From the NCBI RefSeq assembly GCF_009914755.1, contig NC_060926.1: DNA of 64,000 nt. One strand, given 5' to 3'. Below, piece by piece: positions 1 to 13,938 of the stretch. The notes beneath the pieces are model-generated. The model was not told where the DNA came from, searched no databases, and saw only the letters and a program-made list of their open reading frames with translations. Made by a program: the position numbers and the translations under genes. Source of the DNA: the human T2T-CHM13v2.0 reference genome, Homo sapiens. How positions within the stretch are numbered: the stretch's first letter is position 1; every line of letters starts with the position of its first letter.

Positions 1-8
1 TTATTGTA

Positions 9-910
9 GAGTAAATCCGCACTTTGTTCATATGTTCTTGGAAACTGTGAAGTTAAGTGAAACCAATTTTACCATAGGCTGATTGATATAAAAAGTTAAG
101 TTCAGGCCGGGTGTGGTGGCTCACGCCTGTAATCCCAGAACTTTGGGAGGCCGAGGCGGGCAGATCATGAGGTCAGGAGATAGAGACCATCCTGGCTAAC
201 ACGGTGAAACCCCGTCTCTACTAAAAATACAAAAAGATTGGCCGGGCGTGGTGGTGGGCGCCTGTAGTCCCAGCTACTCGGGAGGCTGAGGCAGGAGAAT
301 GGCGTGAACCCGGGAGGCAGAGCTTGCAAGTGAGCCGAGATGGCGGCACTGCACTCCAGCCTGGTCGACAGAGGGAGACTCCGTCTCAAAAAAACAAAAA
401 CAAAGCAAACAAACAAAAAAAGAGTTAAGTTCCTAAGGCATATTTCTGGCCACAAAAACATCACCAAAACTCGAAATAAGACAAAACACTTCTAACATTA
501 AACATTAAAATAAATGTAAGCTATACATACATTTAAGAAAGATGAATAAAAACAAGTAAGATAATTATTTAGACACTTCTTCCAAATCAGAGTTGTGAGT
601 GATCAGAGCCTATTCTGGCAGCTCAGCGTAGCTCAGGGCACAAGGTGGGAACCAACCCTGGCCAGGAGCCATTCCCTCCCAGGGTGCACTCAGACACACA
701 CCCACACTCACTCAGACTGGCACCATGCAGACACGCCAGTTCACCGAAGATGCACGTTTTTGGGATGTGGGAGGAAACTGGAATAAGGGGAGAAAACCCA
801 TGCAGATATGGGGAGAACCTGCAACTCCACACAGACAATGGCCTTGTCTGGGAATCGGTTTTTGTTCTCATCAACATAATAACAGAGTGACGCTATTCAA
901 GGACCTGCTG
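9..910 (-). mobile_element. MER6A DNA transposon (Tc1/mariner-Tigger group), near full length, split by an AluY
   Basis: Right end ...tattcaaggacctgctg|ta and left end ta|gagtaaatccgcact match the recalled MER6A termini with TA target duplications; internal gggatgtgggaggaaactgga...aaaacccatgcagatatggggagaac core. Confidence 0.85.
105..420 (+). mobile_element. AluY, full length
   Basis: Dimeric Alu with AluY diagnostics (gagaccatcctggctaacacggtg, gagaatggcgtgaacc, gagcttgc), A-rich tail, TSD agttaagttc on both sides. Confidence 0.95.
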
Positions 911-1339
911 TACATCCACTGTGGATTGCTCTGTAGGCCCAGTTTTCTTAGTTTCCACTAATATCATTTGAACAATTTTTCAGTTGCTTGGTGTTTGATT
1001 GTTTTAGTTGTTTAGACTTTTTTCCATTTTCCTGACCTATGATCTCACGAAAGCTAATAGTATCTGTTATGGACTTAGAGGACATCCGGCTTCTGAGGCC
1101 CTTTGGGACTGTACATGATTTTGCTTGGAAAAAGCCCAAATACTGTAACTAAAATTGTTCCCGTGGTTATTTTGTCCAATTGATATGAGGTTGTTTTTGT
1201 CTTTTTGGTTTTGATGCAGTGTTTTGGTAGAAAAACATAGCAAACAAGATTTTACTAATATCACTAAGTTAACTTTGAGGTACCCAGTTGTTGCTAACGT
1301 AGTTCTCTACATCACCAAATATTACTGATCCCACCATTA

Positions 1340-2870
1340 CAAGACCTCTGAAATCTATCCCTTTCTCTCCCTTCACACTGTAGGGGCCGGATTTCTGACC
1401 CTCACCACCTCTCTGCCACCAGCTTCATCCTACTGCTATCTGTCTGCAGAAGAATCATCTCTGGTGGGGCCACTTCTCTGCTTACGCACATTTTCTGATT
1501 TCCTATTGCTTCCAGAATTAAGTCCAAGTCCATTTGTGGGACCTCTGAGTCCCTTTAGATTCAAATCCCAGTTGCCTTCCCCAGGTTCATCTCTTGTCAC
1601 TTGCTTAGCTGTGTCTCCTGTCCCCAGCCACATTGAGATTTTCACTACTCCCAGAAAGACCCATGTTCTTCTGGGGCTTGAAAGATCCCTCTAATTTCTT
1701 CCCCTGACCCATTCCCATTCATTATTTAATAAAAACTCAAGTATTACCTCATCTGTGGTGCCTTTCCCTACTTCCTCAGAGAGCAGCCCCCTTTCTGTGT
1801 TCCTATACCATTCATTCACTCATTCACATATTGAAATCCAGGTAGTTAAAAAGTGCTGGGAATTAAGTGACCTAGAAACCTTAGTCCCTGGACTGTAAGG
1901 GGCTGTATAGGGATGTAAAAAAGAAAATGACAACATTGAGGGCAGGGAGGGGACCAAATTAGAGAGACTCCATGCATTAGAACAAACTCGAGGAGTTAGT
2001 GCCTGACTCTGTGTGTGGGAATGCAGAAAGCGGAAGAGAAGAGAACAATCCCCATATTCCTGCCTTGAATGACACAGGTATGTGGCTGTCCATGGACACA
2101 GGAAATGAAAGGAAGGAGCAGGCGAGGTGGGAAGTGGGACCAGTTTAACTTTGAGGTGACTTTAGGACATCTGAGTGATATGTCCAGTGTGCAATGGGAT
2201 TTATGGATCAAGAGCTCAGGAGAGGAAGCGGAGATTAAGTTAAGTTTCTGGGAGGTTCCAACAAGCAAATAGCAGTTGATGTTAGGAAAATTTCTGAATT
2301 TACCAGGTGCTCCATGCCCTTCTTTTGTTCCGTATCATATTGTATATCTGGTGACATAGCCTGCTTTCCCATAAGGACACTCACTTATTAATTCACCTCG
2401 TATCCTCAGTGTCTACTACACTGCTTTGCACATAAAAATTTCATTTCAAGTGAGAGAATGAATATGAGTTCACTCAGCCATGTCTTACTCATGGGTGAGA
2501 GAATATTGAAATTGATCCATTTAATAAATAATGTATTGAGCACCTTCTATGTACTGGGAAGTCTCCTGGCCACTGGAAATACAGCAGTGAAAATGATAGT
2601 GGGGGAACAGTAACACAGTAAATAAGCAAGATAATATCAGATCATAAAAATGATCATAGCTAATACTATGGAGTTCTTATTATGTGTCAGGGCCTGTCCT
2701 GAGCATTTAACATGAATTTTAAAATTTAATATTCACAATATCTTATAAGGTAGGGAAATTAATCGAGTAATATGGTGGCAAATGGTCAGAGAAGGCTGTT
2801 TGCAGTTACAATGGAGCTGAATTGTGAAGGAGCCAGCCTCAATGAGATCTGGGGGAAGGATGTTTCATGC
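1340..2870. mobile_element. Cluster of ancient L2 fragments in both orientations
   Basis: L2 3'-end signatures (cattcattcactcattc, ataatgtattgagcaccttctatgt, gagctcaggagaggaag...gagat); highly diverged, boundaries approximate. Confidence 0.6.
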
Positions 2871-2895
2871 ACAGTTCAAGTAAATTTAGGTTTTA

Positions 2896-2957
2896 TTAGG
2901 TTCGTTTTTGCCATTAAAAGTAATGGCTAAACTGCAGTTACTTTTGTACCAATCTAA
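2896..2957. mobile_element. MADE1 mariner MITE (internally deleted)
   Basis: ttaggtt...tttttgccattaaaagtaatggctaaactgcagttacttttgtaccaatctaa, palindromic, flanked by TA. Confidence 0.85.
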
Positions 2958-5059
2958 TAAAACCTTCTTCTTTTAATGTGAAAAGAATACAGACTTTTCT
3001 TAATCACTGCAAGTTGCATTCACTAGCCTTCAAATACTCTACACCTTAGTTCACCTACAACCAATCAAACTAGCAGTAGTTAATTGTAGAATCTAAGGTT
3101 AGGGCAAAAGACCTTTCCACGTACATTAAGACACACATGTAGCTTGTAGTGAGTGGAGATTGGGGAATTTTACCTCATTTGTACTCACTAATGTATTATG
3201 ATAAAGATCAACAGGAAAATGATATGAAAACACATGTAGAAAAATGATTTAGATTCTAAGGTAGATTAAGTTAGGAAAGAGCAAAATCATAAAGATATAC
3301 CTACTTTATCTGCTCACTCAATCAGACTAAATTCTTAATGGAAAAGTTTCTTAGGAACAAGCAAATATAAACAATTACTTTTTAATTCATTTTTCCTGAT
3401 CTGTATAGGTTATTTGCATGTAAATCATATTGACACACAAACTTTACTTTGTCAATCATTTAGGGCAACTATGAAAAGATTAATACAGTAGTTGGACTTT
3501 TGATTTTCCATCTTGTTCTTACGTAGAATTTTTGATGAGACTGTGATGGCTAAAGGGAGGGAGGAAGTTCATCAAGGGCCCGAAATGTCTGTCTGTTATT
3601 AGAAAGGAGCCTTCATTTTCCAGAACGAATTTATCCATAGCAATCTGTAAAATAAATCTGTGTAGAAAGACTTCTCAAACTAGGCATGATAAAAGTTAGG
3701 GCCATACTGCAGGAAAGAAGCTTAGAAGGATCTTCTCATCCAGTGCCCTCAGTTTATAACCCAGGAGAGGCCAGCTGTCTTATCTAAAGTCACAACCTAG
3801 AAGGGATGAGATTCTGGGTAGCATTTCTTGATAAACTTGCATATTTACTTAGAATTATGCATTTTAAGCTTATCTATGTATTTTAATTATTTTAAGTTAG
3901 AAAACTGTAATATAGTTTTAATTTTTAAATATAATTATATTTTATTGCCTTAAGTTTAATAGTTTAATAGTTTAATTTATGTGGGCATTTTGTATTTAAT
4001 CATGGGAAAGTAAAAACTGTTATAATTCAATTTGATTTACTGAATTAGTGAATAAATTTATTTTTGTCTGAGTTTTTATTAAAAGAGACGAATTTTAATC
4101 AATAGAATTTATGTATATATATATGTATATATATATATGAAAGTCTAAAATTGGAACAAAATAAAAAGGTGATGCAACTAGGAGCCCCTTTGTATCTCTA
4201 CTGTCTTTTGGGCTTCCTATTTTTGCATTATTTCCACTTTTATTGATAACCAAACACTTTCCAAATGTTAAGTGTATAATCTCAGAGGGCTAGTTAGGAA
4301 TTTGCTGAAGAGTGGTAGAGAAAGCCATACTTTTAACTATCTTTAAGCCTCCTCATGCTTTCTAAGAAATTAATCTTCTTTTTCTGTTTCCCGATCTCTT
4401 CCCTTCTGTCTGTTTCACTTGGTACTAGATCAGCTCTTATCATTCCTCCTGCAGTTGAATCCACATTCTGTTTCCAGGATTTTACGAATCTCAAAAATTT
4501 GAAAGCTACTGACCATTCTGGAAAATAATCAGTTATGGGTGCACTTACATATGTAAACTTTAATATATCACTTCACATTTTAAGTGGACCTTACCATTGT
4601 TTTTGCCTCCTTTTGTGATATAAATGTGGGGTAACCTGATCTGCTGAGGGAGTAGCTGTGATCCAAACATGTGAGTTGAGTGCCCACAAGGCAGGGCTGA
4701 AGCCTTGGAGGACCTCGCATCCATCTTTAGCTACAAGTCAACTGGCTTCTCAAAAACAGAACAGCCTCAACAATTTGTTGATTCAAAACTTTTAAATATC
4801 AATATTTTTCAGATTAATACTTTTATTTGTCTAACATTTAAATTTATATATTTTTCTTAGCTAAATGTTTGTTTGCTTAATTTTAAATTGGTAATAATAA
4901 AAATTGGCTTATAAGTGAACAATTTTGATAGATTTTAGTTCATTATTTAGTTCATTATTTGTAAAATGCATATTTTCCTTCCCCTTTATCCCTGTGTTCA
5001 AATGAGGAGTTATTATTTGCTTCAGGAAGCTTCTCTTGGGGATTAAATAAGCATTTTCT

Positions 5060-5422
<363 letters not shown>

Positions 5423-6827
5423 TAAATAAGCATTTTCTATAAAAGGTTTATTAGCATAATATCTGGCCTATAGGAAGGATGGAATTTATGTTAGTTGTTG
5501 TTGTTGCTACTATTATTGCCAGACCCTGTGCTAGGCACCGAAGATAGAAAGGAGATAAAAGTGTACTATCTCAAAAGGATCAAAGCCTGGTGATGAGGCC
5601 TGTAGGGATCGAGTTAGAATTACGATTGTTTTCTAAAGATGGAACTTTGTGGCTATTTTGTAGTTTGGGTCTGGAGCCTTCTGCCATTTTACACACCAGG
5701 TCTATGCATCTGTTCTTTAATGCAATACATAGACCTGCAAAAATACACAAAGGATTACAGAAGGTGAATAAAGAGTAGTATTTCCATAACATAGCATGGA
5801 ACCCAGCAGCCTCTAGTTAAAAAGTTTTACTGTGCTTCCCAAGTTCTTGATTTAACTTTATTAGTTGAATCTTCCATATGCCTTCAAGGGAAGCATAACT
5901 GAAATACAACTAGCAGTTGTATTTATATTAAGCTTCATCTAGTTTGTTATCAAAGTATAATTTTTGCTTTGTTGAAAATTTTTTAGATTTGTTTTGATTA
6001 GTCTGTGTAGTGATTAGGCAGATCTGTGGAAAACGGGTACTTTCCAATTTCTTGAAATTCTAAACATGTTTTAATGGTTTGTTTCAACATGTTTTACTTT
6101 CAATGTTTTAGTAGCTAAAGGCGCATTACTGATTAGAAGACAAATAAGCTCTTTTGAGTTACTTTACAAATTTTCATTTATCTCTCATGGTAATTTACAA
6201 TTACTAGAGAACTTCGGTTACCTTAAAAACATTTGAGAGTAATTTTTCTTAGCACCATAGATGGTAATGTTGATATGTGGAACAAAATCTTCAATAGTGA
6301 CTGGCTCTGATTTCCAAGGAAGTTGAAGGTACATTGAAAACATTTTCAGTATTAAGAAAATACATTAAAAATAACCCATTTAAATATGCTCTACTAGATC
6401 CTCAATAGTAATAGTATCATGTTCACAGTTTATTCTGTTAAATATTTGGATTTTTCAATAATGGGTTTCTTTCCTTTTAACAGTTTTCTCCTGAGTGGTC
6501 CATAATACCAACTTGTTAAATTTGCAAAAGAGATTTGTATTTCAAATTTAAGTGCAAGAAAAAGCTAATGTTTCTACTGATGTTGTTTATAACAAGAGAG
6601 TGAGAAGGCCCAGTGAAACTGTGAGAAGAATGATTTATCTTACTTACTGCATTAGAAATCGGCCTGTTATTACTTCGTTGGCTTCTACAAAAGAGCTTGT
6701 AAATAAAATGTTATAGCCCTAATTGAAAATAAAAGGATAGTGAATGGAATTTAGCCCTATTCATCCTTTTGGATTTAAGCATGATTCATTTCAGCTAAAA
6801 ATTTTAAAAATCCTCACTTTCATTATG

Positions 6828-6898
6828 GTTTTTTTTTGTTTGTTTGTTGAGACAGAGTCTCACTCTGTTGCCCAGGCTGGAATGCAGTGGTGCGATCA
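6828..6898 (-). mobile_element. Severely 5'-truncated Alu (last ~50 bp plus tail)
   Basis: tttgttgagacagagtctcactctgttgcccaggctggaatgcagtggtgcgatc flanked by cattatg on both sides. Confidence 0.85.
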
Positions 6899-7029
6899 TT
6901 ATGTACATTTTTTAATGCAAGTTTAATGAGTATCCATATCTCAGATTAGCACAGCAATTTTTTGAGGCATTTAGAAATTCCCAGATGTACTACCATGGGC
7001 AGCTGAATGCTTTGGTGCAAGCGCAAGGT

Positions 7030-7230
7030 AGGATCAGAGCAACCTAGGGTGAAATCCTACTAGCTGTGTAACTGTTGCCCACTAGCTGTATAACTCTGAG
7101 CCAGTTGGTTAAGCGTGTGAAGTCTCAGTTTCTTTACTTGTCAAATGGGGAACAAAACAACCACCTCACAGGGTAGCTTAGAGAAGAAAGAGAAATTCAT
7201 TATGTAGAGCATATTGCAGTGTTTTGTTAA
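7030..7230 (+). mobile_element. MIR SINE
   Basis: MIR core ctagctgtataactctgagc...gtctcagtttctttacttgtcaaatgggga. Confidence 0.7.
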
Positions 7231-7377
7231 TTATACTTGGAATCCTTTTTAAAAGGATGGCAGTAGGCTGAATTACATTCCTGCATGGCAGTAGGCTGAA
7301 TTCTTACCCAGTTTAGTATCATCTGATATTGAATACAGCTCACTTCATATAGGATGAAGTGAATAAATAGTCTAAGC

Positions 7378-7674
7378 CAGAGGAGTTGGCAAACTATAGG
7401 GCCTTCTGCCTGTGTTTGTAAGTAAAGTTTTATTGCTAATTACCCTGATTTGAGAAACATGACACTGTACCCCATAAATATGTACAATTATTTTATATCA
7501 ATGATACATAAAAAAGTTGTTTTATTGCAGTTCAGCCTTGCTTATTCATTTAAGTGTTGTCTGTGTTTGCTTTCATGCTATCATGGCAGATTAGTTGTGG
7601 CACAGACCTTGTGACCCATAAAGCCTACAATATTTACTGTCTGGCCTTTTACAGGAAAAGTTTAGCTACTCCTG
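7378..7674 (+). mobile_element. MER58A hAT-Charlie element, interrupted by an L1 3' fragment
   Basis: cagaggagttggcaaactat...atatttactgtctggccttttacaggaaaagttt...cctg; perfect 8-bp TSD gtctaagc. Confidence 0.85.
7438..7516 (+). mobile_element. L1MA 3'-end fragment nested in MER58A
   Basis: taattaccctgatttg...cactgtaccccataaatatgtacaattat; flanked by gttttattgc repeats. Confidence 0.75.
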
Positions 7675-8243
7675 GTCTAAGCTGTTGTCAGGGGATTGCT
7701 TAATTGATATTATGAAGTGTTGTGGTTTGCACAAATGAGAGGATCCATTTTAAGTGAATTACTGTAGGAATAGACTACAGCATTACTTAGCTATTTTTGG
7801 GCTCACCAGAGAAGTCCAAGGATTATCTGTGATTAGTGGTGAGATCCTCTGGAATAGATGGGAATAAAAACCTAGTACCTACAGAAGGGCATTTGGACAG
7901 GACCAAAACCTTCTGTGGTTCAGTTTCAGAGTGGGGAGAAGCCAGGGAGTGATATTAGATTCCTATATGACATCCTTTATCAGCCTACAGCTATGGAAAT
8001 TGTTCCAAGCATTCATTACAAAGTGGATTTAGTTATTCTTAAAAGGTCTTTGTGAATCATCCTAAATCTTAAATTAAAAGATTGTAACCCGATATTACTA
8101 TGTAGAGACCCTGGAATTAATGCATTTTACCTGGTTATTAGAGTAGCTGCTTCAGGTGCCAGAGTAGGCAAAACTAGACAAGGCTCTGTGTGCTGCAAAT
8201 GACTGAAGGTCTGAAGCCATATTCCACTTAATTTAATCATTTT

Positions 8244-8538
8244 TAAAAATTATTATTTTAGAGCAGGGTCTCACCCTGTTGCCCAGGCTGGAGTGCAGTA
8301 GTGTGATCATAGCTCACTGCAGTCTCAGACTCCTGTACTCAAGTGGTCCTTCCACCTCAGCCTTTGAGTAGCTAGGACTATAGTCATGCACCACAATGCC
8401 TGGTTAATTTTTTAAATTTTGTAGAGATGGAGTCTTACTATGTCGCCAGGCTGGTCTTGAACTCCTGGCCTCAAGCAATCCTCCCGCCTCAGCCTACCCA
8501 AATGTTAAGATTATAGGTGTGAGCCACAGAGTCTGGCT
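8244..8538 (-). mobile_element. AluJ, full length
   Basis: Antisense dimeric Alu; degenerate TSD aatttaat(c/a)atttt. Confidence 0.9.
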
Positions 8539-8719
8539 TCAATTTAATAATTTTGATAGATTTAACATCAGATCAATTGCTGGCCTCTACTGGAAGTTCT
8601 GAGAAGTCTTTCATTTTTCATAATAAGTAATATTCTACCATCCCAAAGTCTGCTTTTCTCCTTAATTGATCTTTGGGGAGTTAGACAATACAATCATCAT
8701 TCCTGAGAGCTATTTGGTG

Positions 8720-8930
8720 CTTTAGAGTTTACAAAGTGCTTCCATTTACACAATTTTATTCAAATAACATAATCACCTTACAAGCTAGAAGGGTTGGAAT
8801 CATCCGTATTTCATACTGATAACAACTTCAGGTTCTACGAAGTTAAGCCACTTGCCTAAGGCCATACAACTCTAAAGGGTGAAGGAGGGACTTGATTTGT
8901 CTTCTGACTTCATATCCCATGTTTTCTCTG
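8720..8930 (-). mobile_element. MIR SINE
   Basis: tttacaaagtgcttcc...gaagttaagccacttgcctaaggccatacaact. Confidence 0.6.
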
Positions 8931-9071
8931 CCAAGTTATTTTGTCTGATGTTAACTCTCCGCCAAGTTTACTGAAAAATAGCTAAAATATAAAGTCTCAT
9001 TAGTTTTTAAAGTAAGCATCCAGAGGAGAGAACATAGAGACCTTTTCACCAGAAACACGTATCATCTAGAT

Positions 9072-9432
9072 CAGAGCTGGCAAACTGTTGGACCATAAGT
9101 CTCATCTGGCCTGCAGATGTGTTTGACTTAGCCTCTATAATATCGGCCTGTACATGGCTTTATTAAACAATTACATGGATTTAGCTGTTAAGTAATATCA
9201 CAAATAAGTCCAGATTTCCAACTTCTTTAGAAAAGTCAGATCTGGCCACACTGTGCCCACATTCATGCATGGCAGTAGGCTGAATTTAAACAGTTGTCTC
9301 CTTTGGAGGGGGCATTTGCTTTCTAGTTTCTACAAGTCACTATAATGCCCTGTTGCCCTCCCATTCAAACCTCACTTCAATCATTTAGGGTACCTACCTG
9401 ACTCCTGGAAGCATTTGAGTTTGTGATCCCTG
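9072..9432 (-). mobile_element. MER102 hAT-Charlie element, full length
   Basis: Termini cagagctggcaaactg and gcatttgagtttgtgatccctg; 8-bp TSD atctagat/atctagac. Confidence 0.8.
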
Positions 9433-10132
9433 ATCTAGACTAGGATACTCATTTTGTGAATGAAGAAGTGACATTCGAAGTAGTAAGTCAATTAGGCAGC
9501 ACCAAGATTACAACTTGTTTTCCTGAGACAGAGCCCTTTTTTGGATCCTGGCTTCATGGCCAGATTATCATTACTGAAGAATAACAGAACAGCAAGGGAA
9601 TAGTAATTAGAAATGCCAAAATGATGCACACTTTTAAATAAATGGATATGGTTTTAGTGAGGGTCTGCTATATATTTTATATTTATGCCATATTAGCCAG
9701 ACTTAAAATATTTCAAACATCAGACTATGTATTGTATGTTTCAGTTTTGAAAACATGGGTCACTGTAAACTGAATGAATGAATTTCATTTTCTTATGTTG
9801 GGGAAGTTGATTGGAGGGTGCATTTTTGAATGAATTTCAGCACTGAGACTGAGTTTCAGTTTTAGAAGCAGAAGGTGCCTCATGTTAGATAATAGCACAT
9901 GTTAAAGAGAAACTGAGGGAAAGAGCAGTGATCGGTATTGCGGGTATATACTGAGAAACTGGGATGAGTGGATGCAGGAGTGGACTAGCACTGTCAGCCA
10001 CAAGTAGGAGCATGTAGAAGCTGAGTGAGAATAGGCAGTTTAAAGGAATTGACGGTGGGACCTACCCAGTGATAAGAAGGGGTGTCAGATATATAAATGA
10101 GCTGAGTGAGTATAGTGTTGATCACTTATTTT

Positions 10133-10834
10133 ATTTCAATGGCTTTTGAGGTACAGTGGTTTTTGGTTACATGGATGAATTGTATAGTGGTGAAGTCTGA
10201 GATTTTAGTGTACCTATCACCCGAGCAGTGTACATTGTACCCAATATGTAGTATTATTTATTCCTCACCCTCCTTCCTTCTCATTCTGTGTCCATTATAT
10301 CACTCTGCATGCCTTTGCCTACCCATAGCTTAGCTCCCACCTATAAGTGAGAACATACAGTATTTGATTTTCCATTCCTGAGTTACTTCACTTGGAATAA
10401 TGGCCTCTGGCTCCATCCAAGTTGCTGCAAAAGATGTTATTTCATTCTTTTTTAATGGCTGAGTAGTATTCCATGGTGTATATATATCACATTTTCTTTA
10501 ACCACTCATTGATTGATGGGAACTTAGCTTGGTTCCATATCTTTGCAATTGTGAATTGTGCTGCAATAAACATTTGTGTGCAGCTGTCTTTTTGATATAA
10601 TAACTTCTTTTCCTTTAGGTAGATAGCCAGTAGTGAGATTGCTGGATCGGATGGTAGATCAATTTTTAGTTCTTTAAGAAATCTCTGTACTGTTTTCCAT
10701 ACAGGTTGTACTAATTTATGTTCCCACCAGCAGTGTATAAGTGTTCCCCTTTCACCATATTGACACCAACATTTATTGTCTTTTGACTTTTCAATAATAG
10801 TAATTCTTGCAGGAGTAAGGTGATATCTCATTGA
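10133..10834 (-). mobile_element. L1PB 3' fragment (5'-truncated)
   Basis: L1PB-type 3' UTR and ORF2 C-terminal remnant (track ORF 10487..10891, [15 protein letters not shown]); 12-bp TSD atcacttatttt. Confidence 0.9.
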
Positions 10835-11064
10835 ATCACTTATTTTTTGTGAAGTGTAATTTCTAGGATGGATTATATAGTTCAAACCCAAGGGGATAAA
10901 TTATATCCTATTGAGTGAAAGAACTAACTAGGGGACTTGCAAAAAATAACTATAATAAACAATGAAGAGTAGAAATTCTTGTTTTTTGAATGAACCTACA
11001 AAATGCGTAAAACAAAATATTTGATGAAAACATTTTCAGATTATGATGGCTGTTCTTATTACTA

Positions 11065-11440
11065 TTCATTCATTCATTCATTCAGTAATTATTTATAGAA
11101 GTTTGCTAGGTGTAGGGCACCATACTGAGCATTGGGGAAACGTCTCTGCCTTTGAGTTGCTTTTGACCTAGTTGGGGAGATAAAAAAGGAAGACATGGAG
11201 TATTCTACATAAGGCAAGCCCATGTTAAGTTAATGTTTTGGTGGCTTAGAGAAAGAGACACCACTTCTCCTAGCTTGACTTTCTGAGGGATGAGGACCAG
11301 GAATTTGAACTAGATCTGAGGGGATGAGTAGGATTTGAAATACCAGAGGAATGGTAGAAGTTTGTTTAGGGAGGGCCTTGACTTCCAGGTTAGATAATTT
11401 GCATTTCAAAGAGATGGTTTCCAAAACTGACCAAGTGAGC
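11065..11440 (-). mobile_element. L2 3' fragment
   Basis: (ttca)n tail followed by gctaggtgtagggcaccatactgagcattgggga...tttgaactagatctgagggatgagtaggattt. Confidence 0.6.
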
Positions 11441-11480
11441 TTGGTGCTAAGATCATAATATACATTTAAAAGTGTTTTGG

Positions 11481-11626
<146 letters not shown>

Positions 11627-12324
11627 AAAAGTGTTTTGGGATGGATTACTTTCAGTGGAGTTTGTAAAATGCCTTTGTGAATAGCTGCGATTTAGAAAAC
11701 AGCTTGCTCAGGAGAGAATCAAAACCTTCCTAAGCAGAAATAACCCCTCAGACTTGCACCTGGAGTCCACTTGGAGATTCTCCCAGGTATTACTTAGGAT
11801 ACACAGAGACTAATATACAAATGAAGGAAAATGTACAGATAGTGCCTACTGGTAATAGATTACAGTTGGAGAATCCCATTTTGCTAAAGATAGTATTGAG
11901 TCTGGAATGTTATTTAATTTTCAGTTCCTGTATAGGCCTATGGAAGTCACCTTATATTGGAGTCTTTATAGAGTCTCTCATGTTACAGGGCGCTGCTCAA
12001 TTACCTTATTTTGAGCAGCAGACCACTTGAGGAAGACACATTAGACCTAAACGAGCTCATCAGAGCTATTTTTATTTGCTCATAGAGATGTAGCTGACAT
12101 GATGGGTAAAAAAAAGGAGGCAAATAAATGGAATACAGTTTCTGTTATTATTCCTAGAGATATGAGTTTGCAATTGCAGGTGCTGGATATAATTTTAAAC
12201 ATGCCTTTTAAAGCAATGCAGCAGATATTTTGTGGATATTACAAACATACACCTCAGGACAAAAGGAAAGCTAACCTAATATGACTGGAATTCAAGGTGT
12301 ATGGTAAGATTTCCAGTGAGGGTA

Positions 12325-12638
12325 TGTATTAGTCCATTTTCATACTGCTATGAAGAAATACCTAAGCGTGGTTCCACATGGCTGGGGAGGCCTCACAATC
12401 ATGGCAGTAGGTGAAGGAGGAGCAAAGGCACATCTTACATGGCGGCAGGCAAGAGAGAGTGTTCAGGGGAACTGCGCTTTATAAAACTGTCAGCTCTCAT
12501 GAGACTTATTCACTATCATGAGAAAACCCACCCCCATGATTCAATAACCTTCCACAGAGTCCCTCCCATGACACATAAGGATTATGGCAGCTACAATTCA
12601 AGATGAGATTTGAGTGGGGACACAGCCAAACCATATCA
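12325..12638 (-). mobile_element. THE1B/C MaLR solo LTR
   Basis: tgtattagtccattttc...ggggacacagccaaaccatatca, TG..CA ends, 5-bp TSD gggta. Confidence 0.92.
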
Positions 12639-12869
12639 GGGTAGATTCAGAAAATGTTTCTCTAACAGTTTAGACAGATGCAAAGGTGTACTTTTTGGAA
12701 AACTCTTTGATGACTTAAAGTTTAAGTGGAAATGTAGAGTCTGGATAAAACTCATGGAATTTATAGCATTCCAAGATTAATATATAATTTTATAGGATGT
12801 GTTATAGAATATGGATAATTAAATTAATTATATAACCATTAGGTTTGAACAAGTATTAATCCTGGAGGG

Positions 12870-13381
12870 AGTGAAGGTTAATTTTACGGTCAATTTGAGT
12901 GGGCCATCGGGTGCCCAGATTAAACATTGTTTCTGAGTGTGTCTGTAAGGGTGTTTCTGGATGAGATTAGCATTTGAATTGGTGGACTCAGAAGACTTCC
13001 CTCCTGGTGAAGTCGGGCATCATCCAATCCATTGAGGGCCTGAATAGAACAAAAACAAAGGAAAGAGAAACTCACCCTTTCGCTTCGTGCCTTCTTGCTT
13101 GAGTTGGGACCTCTCATCTCATCTTCTCCTGTCCTTGGACTGGGATTTATAATTTGGCTCCCCTGGTTCTCAGGCCTTCACACTTAGACTGGGAATACCA
13201 CTGGCTTTCCTGGGATTCCAGCTTGCAGATGGCAGATGATGGGATTTCTCAAACTCTATAGTGGCATGAGCCAATTACTCATAATCTCTCTCTCCACTTC
13301 CCTCTCTCATTCTCTCCTTTCCTCTCTGTGCATATATAACCTCCTTTGGTTCTGTTTGTTTGGACAACTCTGACAAATACA
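12870..13381 (+). mobile_element. MLT2B ERVL solo LTR
   Basis: ggttaattttacggtcaatt...gatgagattagcatttgaattggtggact...ggttctgtttgtttggacaactctgacaaataca. Confidence 0.85.
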
Positions 13382-13938
13382 GATGGTCATTATAAAGCAA
13401 CTTTATTTTTGTCACCCACTTTTGTTCTTTTAAATTTATTCTGTGCTCCTACTTATTATTGTTCTGGTTTGAAATTTAGACACAGCCTCATGGTTCTTCC
13501 AGTCACTTCTACTTCCACTGGAAGTACAGTCTGCTTAGTATATTTATTCCAAACTTCAGAATTTATTGAAGTTAAAGCTTCCCCTTTCTCCCAGTGCAGG
13601 ACTGCTGCAGACGAGCCCTCATTAGTGGGAGATGTGCTGAGAAGCCCTTCTCTTTCCCACTCAGTGCTTCTACTTCCTCTCATCCTCTCCTAGCTTACTC
13701 CCCTTGAAGCATGGTGGGGTATGTCATCAGAGTGAGGAGAGGTTGGAGCTGAAAGCACCCACTGTCTTCTGTGGGGCCTGGAAATCTCTCCCTCACCGGA
13801 GATCGCTCATCTGTGCTTGTCTTCCATGGGTGAAAACATTTCTCCTGGTTCGTCTCTCCTGATGCTTTGCTCAGCTCTGCACACAACTTCAGTTTCCTTT
13901 TGATGAGGCCCCTTGCTTGCTTCTCAGCATTCATTTTT

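Noticed and set aside
165-467. Alu-derived ORFs (also 5192, 11230, 14171, 46380, 52827, 57513)
   Set aside because: Typical Alu translation artefacts
10040-10055. ttaaaggaattgacgg, identical to a universal SSU rRNA motif
   Set aside because: Only 16 nt; the flanks show no rRNA similarity, so it is probably chance
11685-11786. 102-nt stop-free segment bounded by AG/GT ([22 protein letters not shown]...)
   Set aside because: Weak pyrimidine tract and donor; no recognisable protein
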